DNA of 32,000 bases from Candidatus Saccharimonadota bacterium (GTDB lineage Archaea; Nanohalarchaeota; Nanosalinia; Nanosalinales; Nanosalinaceae). The stretch covers positions 30,001-62,000 of the forward strand of contig NZ_CP107255.1 of the NCBI RefSeq assembly GCF_029232205.1, given 5' to 3'. Positions 22,245 through 30,301 of this stretch are shown piece after piece. The notes under the pieces were generated by a model. The model searched no databases and was not told the DNA's origin. It saw only the letters and a list, made by a program, of their open reading frames with translations. The position numbers and the translations under genes are program-made. Numbering within the stretch: position 1 is the first letter of the stretch; every line of letters begins with the position of its first letter.

Positions 22245-22768
22245 ATCTTGCAGGCCTTTCTACCAAGCTGGTTCAAAGTGTATACTGTAGATGCCAGCAG
22301 GAATAGAATGGCGATTATTCTTATGCTGTAGCCTGAGAACGGGATCATTGCTATAATGCTTGATGCTCCGGTCAGGCCTACTACTGCTCCTGCACATGCG
22401 GTACATGCAGGTGCAAATGTTGCGATGAATGCGCCTGTTATCGATGAGGCATTTTCTCTACCGAACTCCGACAGTTCAAGAAGTCTGAATGCTGCAAGAG
22501 TGATGTTAATTCCTATCAGGCCTGAAATAGCTATAACTAGCAGTATTTCTATTTTTGGAAGTGTCTGGAAGTATCTGAGCGATATTCCTGGTGCCAGCGC
22601 TACAGCGAGCGAGAGATCTCCTTCAAGGATGTATCTTTCGAGAAGGCCTGAGTTGTTGAAAATGCTGTAAGCTGCTAGCGAGATTATAGAAAGAGAAAGG
22701 GATAGAAGGAGGTATCGAGGCCTCCTGAGGATGTCCTTCAGTTTATTCAGGTTTTCCTCTGCGTTCAT
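22241..22768 (-). CDS. Hypothetical 4-TM membrane protein with an intramembrane CxxC (FAPACTACAGAV); putative redox partner of the adjacent DsbA-like protein
   Basis: I place the start at internal ATG 22768 (MNAEENL...), which overlaps the upstream stop (TAATG). There are four hydrophobic helices, CTAC in helix 3, and a further Cys near the C-terminus (KACKI). The ORF-track extension to 22957 overlaps the upstream gene. Confidence 0.65.
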   Translation of the reverse strand: MNAEENLNKLKDILRRPRYLLLSLSLSIISLAAYSIFNNSGLLERYILEGDLSLAVALAPGISLRYFQTLPKIEILLVIAISGLIGINITLAAFRLLELSEFGRENASSITGAFIATFAPACTACAGAVVGLTGASSIIAMIPFSGYSIRIIAILFLLASTVYTLNQLGRKACKI

Positions 22769-23697
22769 TATCCCTGGTTCTGGAGTTCCTGATCGATAAT
22801 TTTGCTCATGGTGTCGTAGGACTGTGCTCCGCTGAGGCTGACGTATCCTTCCTCCTCGCTTCCGATGAAGAAGAGGGGAGTTCCAATTCTGTCGACTTTG
22901 CTTCTTACGAGATTTACGTCGTTCTGAACTTCTGAGTTTCCTGAGCTGGAAACACATTGTTCCATTGCTGTTGCGTTTGCTCCTACGTTCTGAGCGATTG
23001 ATCGGAAGGTTTGATCAGGCATGTCCTGCCCTGAGTCTCCTCCAAGCCATTCGGTTCTTCTCTCGTACAGAGTCTTGCTGAATTCGCTGTAAAGACTGCT
23101 ATCCTGTTCGTATATGCAGTTAGCGGCCTTGTGTGCCTGAAGAGCGTTCGGGTGCGCAGGATAGTCCATCACCGTGAACTGGATCTCTCCTGTGTCGATG
23201 TAGTTTTCTTTCAGCTTGTCGTAGTTCTGATTGTTGTCAATTCTGCCGTTTACACGAGCGGCATCGTCAGGAATTGCGTCCGCACCCATCCATTCTGCAC
23301 ACCATGGACATCCGTAGTCAGTAACCATGATGACTCTTACAGGTGCGTCAGAGGGTCCGAGAGTTGGATCATCGGAAATATTGCTGCTGGCGAACTGTAT
23401 GCGATCAGAGCTTGAATCATTGTTTACAGAAGGAAGATCAACTCCCTGAGTGTTCAGAGCGTTAAGGCCTCCGATCAAGAAACCTCCTAAAAGAACACCT
23501 ATCAGAAAGCTGGCATAGACAGTTTTTCGATTATTAAAGTTGAATATGGCCTTTTTGCTTTCTTCATTATTGTTGTCTTCAGAGGAGGAATGATTTTCTT
23601 CGTCCTCTTCGATATGTTTCTGGCTTTGATGGATGTGCAGGCCTCTTTTGGAGTCGAATTCTCGGCCGCAGTCATCGCATGTGAATTTTTCAGTCAT
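22768..23697 (-). CDS. C2H2 zinc finger / TM / DsbA-like thioredoxin-fold oxidoreductase fusion
   Basis: The N-terminal FTCDDCGREFDSKRGLHIHQSQKH fits C-x2-C-x3-F-x5-L-x2-H-x4-H. An acidic linker follows, then the TM helix VYASFLIGVLLGGFLIGGL. The extracytoplasmic thioredoxin domain has the active site DYGCPWCAEW and DsbA-like helices. Confidence 0.75.
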   Translation of the reverse strand: MTEKFTCDDCGREFDSKRGLHIHQSQKHIEEDEENHSSSEDNNNEESKKAIFNFNNRKTVYASFLIGVLLGGFLIGGLNALNTQGVDLPSVNNDSSSDRIQFASSNISDDPTLGPSDAPVRVIMVTDYGCPWCAEWMGADAIPDDAARVNGRIDNNQNYDKLKENYIDTGEIQFTVMDYPAHPNALQAHKAANCIYEQDSSLYSEFSKTLYERRTEWLGGDSGQDMPDQTFRSIAQNVGANATAMEQCVSSSGNSEVQNDVNLVRSKVDRIGTPLFFIGSEEEGYVSLSGAQSYDTMSKIIDQELQNQG

Positions 23698-23754
23698 GTT
23701 AGAATATGCTTGTTGAGAATTAATAAGGAAAAGGGAGAAGTTTTTGAGGCCTGA

Positions 23755-26025
23755 TTATGCGTAGTAATCAGGGATCTCTTCTTCTGTCTCCAGCTCTCTC
23801 ATCTTCTCCGTCATCTGCTTGTAGTGGTCGACGTTTTCGTCGGTTGCTGTTGGCCTTGTGTTATTCATTGCTTCTTCAAAGTCTGCCATGGTGACTTTGT
23901 CGCTTTCAGTGTCCGATCTTAGCGCGTTCATTCCGGCCTCTCTGCATACAGATTCTATATCGCTACCTACGAATGTGTCTGCTTCTTCTGCAAGTTTTTC
24001 TAGGTCTACGTCGTCTGCGAGAGGCATGTCCTCTGTGTGGACTTCGAAAATCTTTCTTCGGGCCTCCATATCTGGGATTGGGATTTCAACGCTGCGATCG
24101 ATTCTTCCTGTACGCATGATTGCTGGATCGATCATGTCAGGTCTGTTGGTTGCTGCAATAACTGTTACTCCTTCAAGGGCCTCGATTCCGTCGAGTTCTG
24201 TTAGGAGCTGGTTTACTACTCTGTCTCCTACTCCGGAGTCTGAGCTGCGGCCTCCTCTTCTTGGCGCGATTGCGTCGATTTCGTCGATGAAGAGGATGCA
24301 TGGTGCTACCTGTCGGGCTTTCTTGAAGATTTCTCTGACGGATTCTTCTGATTCTCCTACATATTTGGAGAAGATCTCTGGGCCTTTGATTGAGATGAAG
24401 TTTGAGTCTGATTCGTTTGCTACGGCTTTTGCAAGCATTGTTTTTCCTGTTCCTGGCATTCCATATAGCAGGATTCCTTTTGGTACGTCGATTCCCATTC
24501 TTTCGAATCTTTCAGGGTATTTTTGAGGCCATTCAACCATTTCTCTTAGTCTTTCTTTTGTGTCGTTGAGGCCTCCGATGTCGTCCCAGCTTGTCTTCGG
24601 TACTTCGACCATGACTTCTCTCATCTGGCTTGGCTCGACCATTCTCATTCCTTCGACCATTGCGTCTCTGTCCACGACGAGTTTCTCCAGTACTTCGCTC
24701 GGGATTTCCTCGTCCATGTCTATCTCGGGTAGTACTCCTCGTATAACGCTCATAGCGGCTTCTTTGCACAGTGCTTCTAGGTCTGCACCTACGTATCCAT
24801 GCGTCATGTCTGCGATTTCGTCAAGATCAACGTCTTCTGCCATTGGCATGTTGCGTGTGTGGACCTGCATGACTTCTTTACGGCCTTCACGGTTTGGAAC
24901 TCCTATCTCAATCTCTCTGTCGAAACGGCCTCCTCTACGGAGAGCTGGATCAATGTGATCTACGCGGTTGGTTGCTGCGATAACTATAACGTTTTCTCTT
25001 TCTTCGAGGCCGTCCATTTCAGAGAGAAGTGTTGATACTACTCTTCTTTCTACTTCTCCGCCGGAGTCGCTTCTTTTTGGTGCGATTGCGTCGATTTCGT
25101 CGATGAAGATTATTGCTGGTGCTCCTTCCTGTGCTTCCTCGAATTTTTCACGGAGCTGTTTCTCTGATTCTCCGTAATACTTGGACATGATTTCTGGGCC
25201 GTCGATTGAGAGGAATGTTGCATCGGCCTCGTTTGCTACGGCCTTTGCCAGCAGTGTCTTTCCTGTTCCTGGTGGGCCGTGTAGTAGTACTCCGCTTGGT
25301 GCGCTTATTCCCAGTTGTTGGAATACTTCTGGGTGTTTGAGAGGCAGTTCGATCATTTCTCTTACTTTCTGTACTTCTTCGTCGAGGCCTCCTATGTCTT
25401 CGTAGGTTACTTCTGGCACGCTTACTTCTGTCTGGCTTGGTTCTACAGCTTGTTGTTTCATTTCGATCTCCGTTGCGTCGGTTATTTTAACTGCTCCCTG
25501 TGGTTTGGTGTTTACCACTGACAGTTTGAGGTCTCCGAATCCAAACCTCATGTTGTCTGATGCTCCGCCCATGAATTCGTCGAAGAGGCCTGGATTCATG
25601 TCTCTGTTCGATCCTGGCACTACGATGTCGCCTTTCATGAGGATGCGGCCTCCTAGTCCTCTTTTGAAGTAGTTTGGGTTGGATACTTGCATCATTACTC
25701 CTTCTTCTGCTGGCGCTAGTACTACTTTGTCTGCTTCTTCTACGTCTGCTGGGCTGACTTTTACGCTTTCTCCAAGGCTTGTGCCTGCGTTTTTTCTCAT
25801 GTAGCCATCCATTCGTGCTATTCCCAGGCCTTTGTCCGCGGGGTAGCTTCTGGCGACTACTCCTGCTGTTTCTCTGTCGCCCTGGACTAGTACTCCGTCT
25901 CCTTCTCTGACTCCTAGTTCTTCCATGATTTTGCTGTCTATTCTGATCACTCCTTTACCCACGTCTTGCTGGGCGTTTGGAGGGACTTCGCCAACCCGTA
26001 GTTTTACTTCATTGTCTTCTGCCAT
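23755..26025 (-). CDS. cdc48: CDC48/VCP-type AAA+ ATPase (two AAA domains)
   Basis: It has a CDC48 N-domain, two Walker A motifs (GPPGTGKT; GMPGTGKT), two Walker B motifs (IIFIDEIDA; ILFIDEIDA) and a C-terminal YYA that fits the HbYX motif. I place the start at ATG 26025, with AAGGTGA 8 nt upstream; the ORF-track start at 26037 is a GTG inside that SD. Confidence 0.95.
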   Translation of the reverse strand: MAEDNEVKLRVGEVPPNAQQDVGKGVIRIDSKIMEELGVREGDGVLVQGDRETAGVVARSYPADKGLGIARMDGYMRKNAGTSLGESVKVSPADVEEADKVVLAPAEEGVMMQVSNPNYFKRGLGGRILMKGDIVVPGSNRDMNPGLFDEFMGGASDNMRFGFGDLKLSVVNTKPQGAVKITDATEIEMKQQAVEPSQTEVSVPEVTYEDIGGLDEEVQKVREMIELPLKHPEVFQQLGISAPSGVLLHGPPGTGKTLLAKAVANEADATFLSIDGPEIMSKYYGESEKQLREKFEEAQEGAPAIIFIDEIDAIAPKRSDSGGEVERRVVSTLLSEMDGLEERENVIVIAATNRVDHIDPALRRGGRFDREIEIGVPNREGRKEVMQVHTRNMPMAEDVDLDEIADMTHGYVGADLEALCKEAAMSVIRGVLPEIDMDEEIPSEVLEKLVVDRDAMVEGMRMVEPSQMREVMVEVPKTSWDDIGGLNDTKERLREMVEWPQKYPERFERMGIDVPKGILLYGMPGTGKTMLAKAVANESDSNFISIKGPEIFSKYVGESEESVREIFKKARQVAPCILFIDEIDAIAPRRGGRSSDSGVGDRVVNQLLTELDGIEALEGVTVIAATNRPDMIDPAIMRTGRIDRSVEIPIPDMEARRKIFEVHTEDMPLADDVDLEKLAEEADTFVGSDIESVCREAGMNALRSDTESDKVTMADFEEAMNNTRPTATDENVDHYKQMTEKMRELETEEEIPDYYA

Positions 26026-26368
26026 TCTGTTCTTCACCTTCTGTTTCGTCTGCTTGGATCTTCTGGATTATCTGCGGGTCCTGAAGAAGGACCTTGAAAA
26101 TATGGTGTGAGACCTTTTCTCCCCAGTCCGTAAAGTATGTCTCTACTCGTTTAACATGTTGGTTGGAGAGGATAAAAACCGAGTCGTCTATTCGGACATT
26201 TGGGATTTCGTCCATCAGTCCGTCTTTCTCGTATTCGTACTTCTTTCCGTTCCGCTTCACTGTCTGCTTGTATCCAAACAGTCCGCGGTAGAACTTGTTT
26301 CTCTCGTACACGGATTCGAACTTATCGCGTTCCGTGTTGTACGTGAGGAGAGAGGCCTCTTTTGACAT
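26009..26368 (-). CDS. Hypothetical protein (119 aa) overlapping the cdc48 start
   Basis: I place the start at internal ATG 26368 ([17 protein letters not shown]...), with the TATA-like AATATAAG about 24-27 nt upstream. The 3' end overlaps cdc48 by 17 nt and contains its SD. I do not recognise a family. Confidence 0.55.
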   Translation of the reverse strand: MSKEASLLTYNTERDKFESVYERNKFYRGLFGYKQTVKRNGKKYEYEKDGLMDEIPNVRIDDSVFILSNQHVKRVETYFTDWGEKVSHHIFKVLLQDPQIIQKIQADETEGEEQNGRRQ

Positions 26369-26474
26369 GGTAGGTGATGGGTAAGGTAAACTTATATTGA
26401 TTTTTGTGTACGTCAGTAAAAAACTGTTTTTCCCTGAAGAGTAACGATAAAAGATTTCCAATCAGATTTTTCCT

Positions 26475-27164
26475 GTGAAAGTTGAGAGAGTCTCCACTCA
26501 GTGTGAATCCGTCGACAAATTGTTGAACGGCGGAATAGAGAAAGGAATAATCACGAACTTCTACGGAGAATCAGGTACAGGCAAGACCAATGTCTGCATC
26601 CAGATAGCTGCCACAGTAGCGGAAAACGGCGGCAAAGTAGTATACATAGATACAGAAGGAGGATTTTCTCCTGAAAGATTTGAGCAGGTAGCTGGAGAAG
26701 AGGCCCTTGAAAATATTCTTCTTAGAGATCCTGTAGACTTTACAGAGCAGGAGGAGGCCATTGAATCTATCGCGGAGGTTGTGGAGTCTGAGGATGTTGA
26801 GCTTGTGGTTGTGGATTCTGCAGTTTCGCTTTACCGTTTGCAGGTGAATGGTGAGAACGCTTCAGAGATCAATCAGAGGCTTTCAAGGCAGCTTTCCGAG
26901 CTTTCGAAGATTGCCAGAAACAATAATATTCCTGTGGTGATCACAAACCAGGTGTACACAAGCTTCGATGAGGAGGAGCTTGAATTGGTGGGGAGAGATG
27001 TGCCGAAGTACTGGTCGAAGGCCTTGCTGAAGCTGACTCAGAAAACTAATGGTACACGCAAGATCAAGGTTTCCAAGCACAGGTCAATTCCAGAAGGTAG
27101 AAGCACACAGTTCGAAATTACGAACGATGGGCTTTCAACTCCTGACAATAAAGGCCTTTTCTGA
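26475..27164 (+). CDS. radB: DNA repair and recombination protein RadB (RecA/RadA paralogue)
   Basis: Motifs are LDKLLNGGIEKGIITNFYGESGTGKTNVCIQ (Walker A) and LVVVDS (Walker B). The ~229 aa length without an N-terminal HhH domain is typical of RadB. The start is GTG. Confidence 0.85.
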   Translation: MKVERVSTQCESVDKLLNGGIEKGIITNFYGESGTGKTNVCIQIAATVAENGGKVVYIDTEGGFSPERFEQVAGEEALENILLRDPVDFTEQEEAIESIAEVVESEDVELVVVDSAVSLYRLQVNGENASEINQRLSRQLSELSKIARNNNIPVVITNQVYTSFDEEELELVGRDVPKYWSKALLKLTQKTNGTRKIKVSKHRSIPEGRSTQFEITNDGLSTPDNKGLF

Positions 27165-27232
27165 ATTTCTGCTGAAAGATTTAACAGGTTTAACCAGGAA
27201 GACAAGTGTATGGATACAGGAGGTATCAAGAA

Positions 27233-28012
27233 ATGGTGAAGGTCGCACTTCTAGGCCCTTCAGGAACTTATACACATCAAGCAGCTGAAAAATACTTTGA
27301 CAATCTTGAAACAGAGTTCTGCTCTACTATACGCGATGTTTTCGAGTCAGATGCTGATCAAAAGTTTGTGCCAATCGAGAACTCTCTAGGTGGCGGAGTA
27401 ACTGATACAATTGATCTACTGGAGGAGCGTGATGAGAAGATTACTGGAGAAGTAATACTTGGAATCCAGCACGCCCTGATATCAGATGAAGAAGAAATCT
27501 CAGATATAGAAAAAGTGAAGTCCCATCCTCAGGCCCTCGCACAGTGCAAAGAAATAATTAACGAACATGGATGGGAAACAGAGGAAACCAATTCAACAGC
27601 TGATGCGGTTGAAAATCTTTCTGAGGGAGAGGCCGCACTGGCCTCGGAGATCGCAGCAGAACTGAACGAGAAGAATATTCTCAAGAAGTCAGTGCAGGAC
27701 AGGGACGTGAATGTCACTCGTTTCCTTGTGCTTAATGGAGAGCCGGAGGCCGAGGACAAAACTTCGCTGATACTGAAACCTGGAGAAGACCGGCCGGGCC
27801 TACTTCACTCGATGCTGTCATGTTTTTCCGGCCATGAGATCAACCTGAGCCACATCCAGTCAAGGCCTACCAAGGAAAAGCTCGGAGAGTACTTTTTCTA
27901 TGTCGAGGCGGAGACTGCTAACGGCCGACTTCAGAAGGCGTTGCAGTGTCTTGAGACGTATGGTGAGGTTCAAAATCTTGGAAGTTACAGAGCGGCAGAG
28001 ATGCCGGAGTAG
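27233..28012 (+). CDS. pheA: Prephenate dehydratase
   Basis: The PDT domain shows VALLGPSGTYTHQAA and PIENSLGGGV. The C-terminal ACT domain shows TSLILKPGEDRPGLLHSMLSCFSGHEINLSHIQSRP. AGGAGGT lies 8 nt upstream of ATG 27233. Confidence 0.9.
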   Translation: MVKVALLGPSGTYTHQAAEKYFDNLETEFCSTIRDVFESDADQKFVPIENSLGGGVTDTIDLLEERDEKITGEVILGIQHALISDEEEISDIEKVKSHPQALAQCKEIINEHGWETEETNSTADAVENLSEGEAALASEIAAELNEKNILKKSVQDRDVNVTRFLVLNGEPEAEDKTSLILKPGEDRPGLLHSMLSCFSGHEINLSHIQSRPTKEKLGEYFFYVEAETANGRLQKALQCLETYGEVQNLGSYRAAEMPE

Positions 28013-28021
28013 GATCTAAAA

Positions 28022-29116
28022 ATGCGAGAAAGAATACAGAACATCAATCTATCAATACGAAAAATTTCGGAAAAAGCAGCAGAACAGGACGACATAGTCA
28101 GATTCGATATAGGTCAACCCAGCTTTGACACGCCAGAACACGTTAAAGAAGCGGCAAGAGAAGGCCTTGAAGAGAAACAGGGATATTCTCCAATGCTTGG
28201 AATTGAAGAGCTGAGAGAAGCGGTTGCCGAGGAAGAATCAGTGAAGAAAGGCCTTGAAGTCTCTAGTGATGAGGTAATGGTTACTACTGGCGGAATGGGA
28301 GCACTGTACGCTATAATGGCTGCAAGATTAGGTGCTGATGATAAAGCTGTTTTCAACGATCCGTGCTGGGGGCCTTACAAGATGATTTCAGAGGTTTCCG
28401 AGAATCAGTGGAGCCAGGTTCAGTACTGGAACGATGAAAGAGAGCTCAGGGAAGAGGCCCGAGAAGAAATTGCAGATGCCGATCTTGTAATTGTCAATAC
28501 TCCTGGAAATCCAACAGGGTATGTTCTCAATGAGGAACAGGCCCGAGAGATTGCTGAGGTCGCTGAAGAAAATGATACTTTCCTTGTATCAGATGAAGTT
28601 TATCACAGGTTGACCTATGGTCGTGAGCACTACTCTCCAGCGGCCTACGCAGAGAATGCAGCGATTATTGGTTCGGCATCAAAGAACCACGCGATGACTG
28701 GCTGGAGGATTGGATGGCTGGTTGATTCTCCTGAGAATATTGAAGAGTATGCAAAGGTTTCGCGGGCTTCAACGGCCTGTCCGCCAAGAATCTCTCAGTA
28801 TGCAGCTGTAGAGGCCTTACAGAATGATTCTCATGTTGATGAGATGCAGGAGGCCTATGAGGAGAGAAGAGATCTTCTTGTCGAGAGAATGAATGATCTT
28901 GGATGGGATTTTGTAGCTCCAGAAGGCGCAATCTATGCTTTCCCGGAGGTTGGAGAGGATTCCTGGGATTTCTGCATGGATATGATTGAGGAAGGTGTTG
29001 CAATGGTTCCTGGCGAGCCGATGGGACCTGACAGCGATCAGAATGTTAGGATTTGCTTTGGATCCACAACCAAAGAGGAGATAGAGAAGGCCTTTGACAG
29101 GCTGGAGAACAGGTGA
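28022..29116 (+). CDS. Class I/II pyridoxal-phosphate-dependent aminotransferase (aspartate/aromatic type)
   Basis: The PLP-lysine motif is GSASKNHAMTGWRIGW. NTPGNPTG and DEVYHRL motifs are present. The genomic context is between pheA and tyrA. Confidence 0.88.
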   Translation: MRERIQNINLSIRKISEKAAEQDDIVRFDIGQPSFDTPEHVKEAAREGLEEKQGYSPMLGIEELREAVAEEESVKKGLEVSSDEVMVTTGGMGALYAIMAARLGADDKAVFNDPCWGPYKMISEVSENQWSQVQYWNDERELREEAREEIADADLVIVNTPGNPTGYVLNEEQAREIAEVAEENDTFLVSDEVYHRLTYGREHYSPAAYAENAAIIGSASKNHAMTGWRIGWLVDSPENIEEYAKVSRASTACPPRISQYAAVEALQNDSHVDEMQEAYEERRDLLVERMNDLGWDFVAPEGAIYAFPEVGEDSWDFCMDMIEEGVAMVPGEPMGPDSDQNVRICFGSTTKEEIEKAFDRLENR

Positions 29117-29123
29117 ATTATCT

Positions 29124-29978
29124 ATGATTGATAGAAAAATTGCGATTGTTGGCGGTACAGGGAAGTTTGGACAGCATCTTGCTGAAAGAATGGACGATAA
29201 AAACGAGATCTTTATCTCAGGGAAAACCGTTGAAGATGCTGAGAAAGTTGCAGAGGGTAGAGGCTGGAACTACGGCCCTAGCACCGAGATTGTAGAGGGT
29301 GCCGACCTCGTTATTGTTGCTGTGCCGATTGCGGTGACTGAAGATGTTATTCATGAGATAGGGCCTCATGTTGAGGATGATGCTCTTTTCTGTGATATTA
29401 CGAGTGTGAAGCAGATGCCTGTTGAGGCCATGACGGAGTACTCCGATGAGGTTCTTGGAATGCATCCTATGTATGCGCCGAGTAATTCTATCAGTGGCCA
29501 GAAGGTTGTGATGTGTCCTGAAAAAGGTAAAAAGTGGAGTATGATGGAGGAGTTCTGGGAGGAGCACGGCGCTGATCTCCACTTCACTGAGCCTGAGACT
29601 CATGACAAGGCCATGTCTCTGGTACAGGGCCTGATGCATTTCTCTGAGCTAGTTGTTGCTGATGTTATCAGGAAGTCCGAGCTTTCCGGAGATGATATGG
29701 AGGAGTTTTCCTCTCCGGTGTATCAGTTGATTACTGATTTGACGGCCAGAATGCTGAATCAGAAGCCAGGTCTTTACGGTAGTATTCAGGCTGAAAACCC
29801 TGAGAATGGGACTGTCCGTGATAGGTTTATTGAGTCAGCTGAGGATATTAGAGATATTATTGGCGATGAAGAGGCCTTTGCTGGCAAGTTCGATGAGCTT
29901 GGAGAAGAGTTTGATCTTGAAGGAGCTCAGAACAGGACTGATCTGGTGATTGAGTTTCTTTCTGAGGAGGTCCGGTGA
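29124..29978 (+). CDS. tyrA: Prephenate dehydrogenase
   Basis: The Rossmann motif is IAIVGGTGKFGQHL. The PDH domain shows DITSVK and GMHPMYAP. AGGTGA lies 7 nt upstream of ATG 29124 and overlaps the aminotransferase stop. Confidence 0.85.
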   Translation: MIDRKIAIVGGTGKFGQHLAERMDDKNEIFISGKTVEDAEKVAEGRGWNYGPSTEIVEGADLVIVAVPIAVTEDVIHEIGPHVEDDALFCDITSVKQMPVEAMTEYSDEVLGMHPMYAPSNSISGQKVVMCPEKGKKWSMMEEFWEEHGADLHFTEPETHDKAMSLVQGLMHFSELVVADVIRKSELSGDDMEEFSSPVYQLITDLTARMLNQKPGLYGSIQAENPENGTVRDRFIESAEDIRDIIGDEEAFAGKFDELGEEFDLEGAQNRTDLVIEFLSEEVR

Positions 29979-30021
29979 TTTATGGAAAATTTTTTACTGA
30001 AAGTTTCAGAAGGTGTATTGT

Positions 30022-30300
30022 ATGGCTGATTTGCTTGAAGACGCAAGAGAGAACATTGATGAGATAAACCATGAGATAGCTGAACTGGTATCCGAGAGAA
30101 TGGAGGAAGTGGTCAAAGTCGTTGAATACAAGGAAGAGAACAACATGGATGTCAAGGATGAAGGTAGAGAGGAACAGGTTATGCAGCAGTTTGGCGATCT
30201 TTTCGAGGAGAGAGATCTTCCTCGTGAGAGAGGCCGTCAGTTAGGCCGTCTTTTGATTGATACTGCGGTCGATGCTGAAAGAGAGATGATGGATAAGTAG
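30022..30300 (+). CDS. Chorismate mutase (AroQ class, monofunctional)
   Basis: This is a ~92-aa all-helical protein with RENIDEINHEIAELVSERMEEV...YKEEN...D..REEQV, matching the CM_2 pattern. AAGGTG lies 6 nt upstream of ATG 30022. Confidence 0.8.
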   Translation: MADLLEDARENIDEINHEIAELVSERMEEVVKVVEYKEENNMDVKDEGREEQVMQQFGDLFEERDLPRERGRQLGRLLIDTAVDAEREMMDK

Positions 30301-30301
30301 T

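Noticed and set aside
22769-22957. N-terminal extension of the CxxC membrane protein (ORF-track start at 22957).
   Set aside because: The extension is highly basic (RKLRSSERRKSRKKQSRQ...) and overlaps the 3' end of the DsbA-like gene in another frame. The ATG at 22768 forms a TAATG coupling junction.
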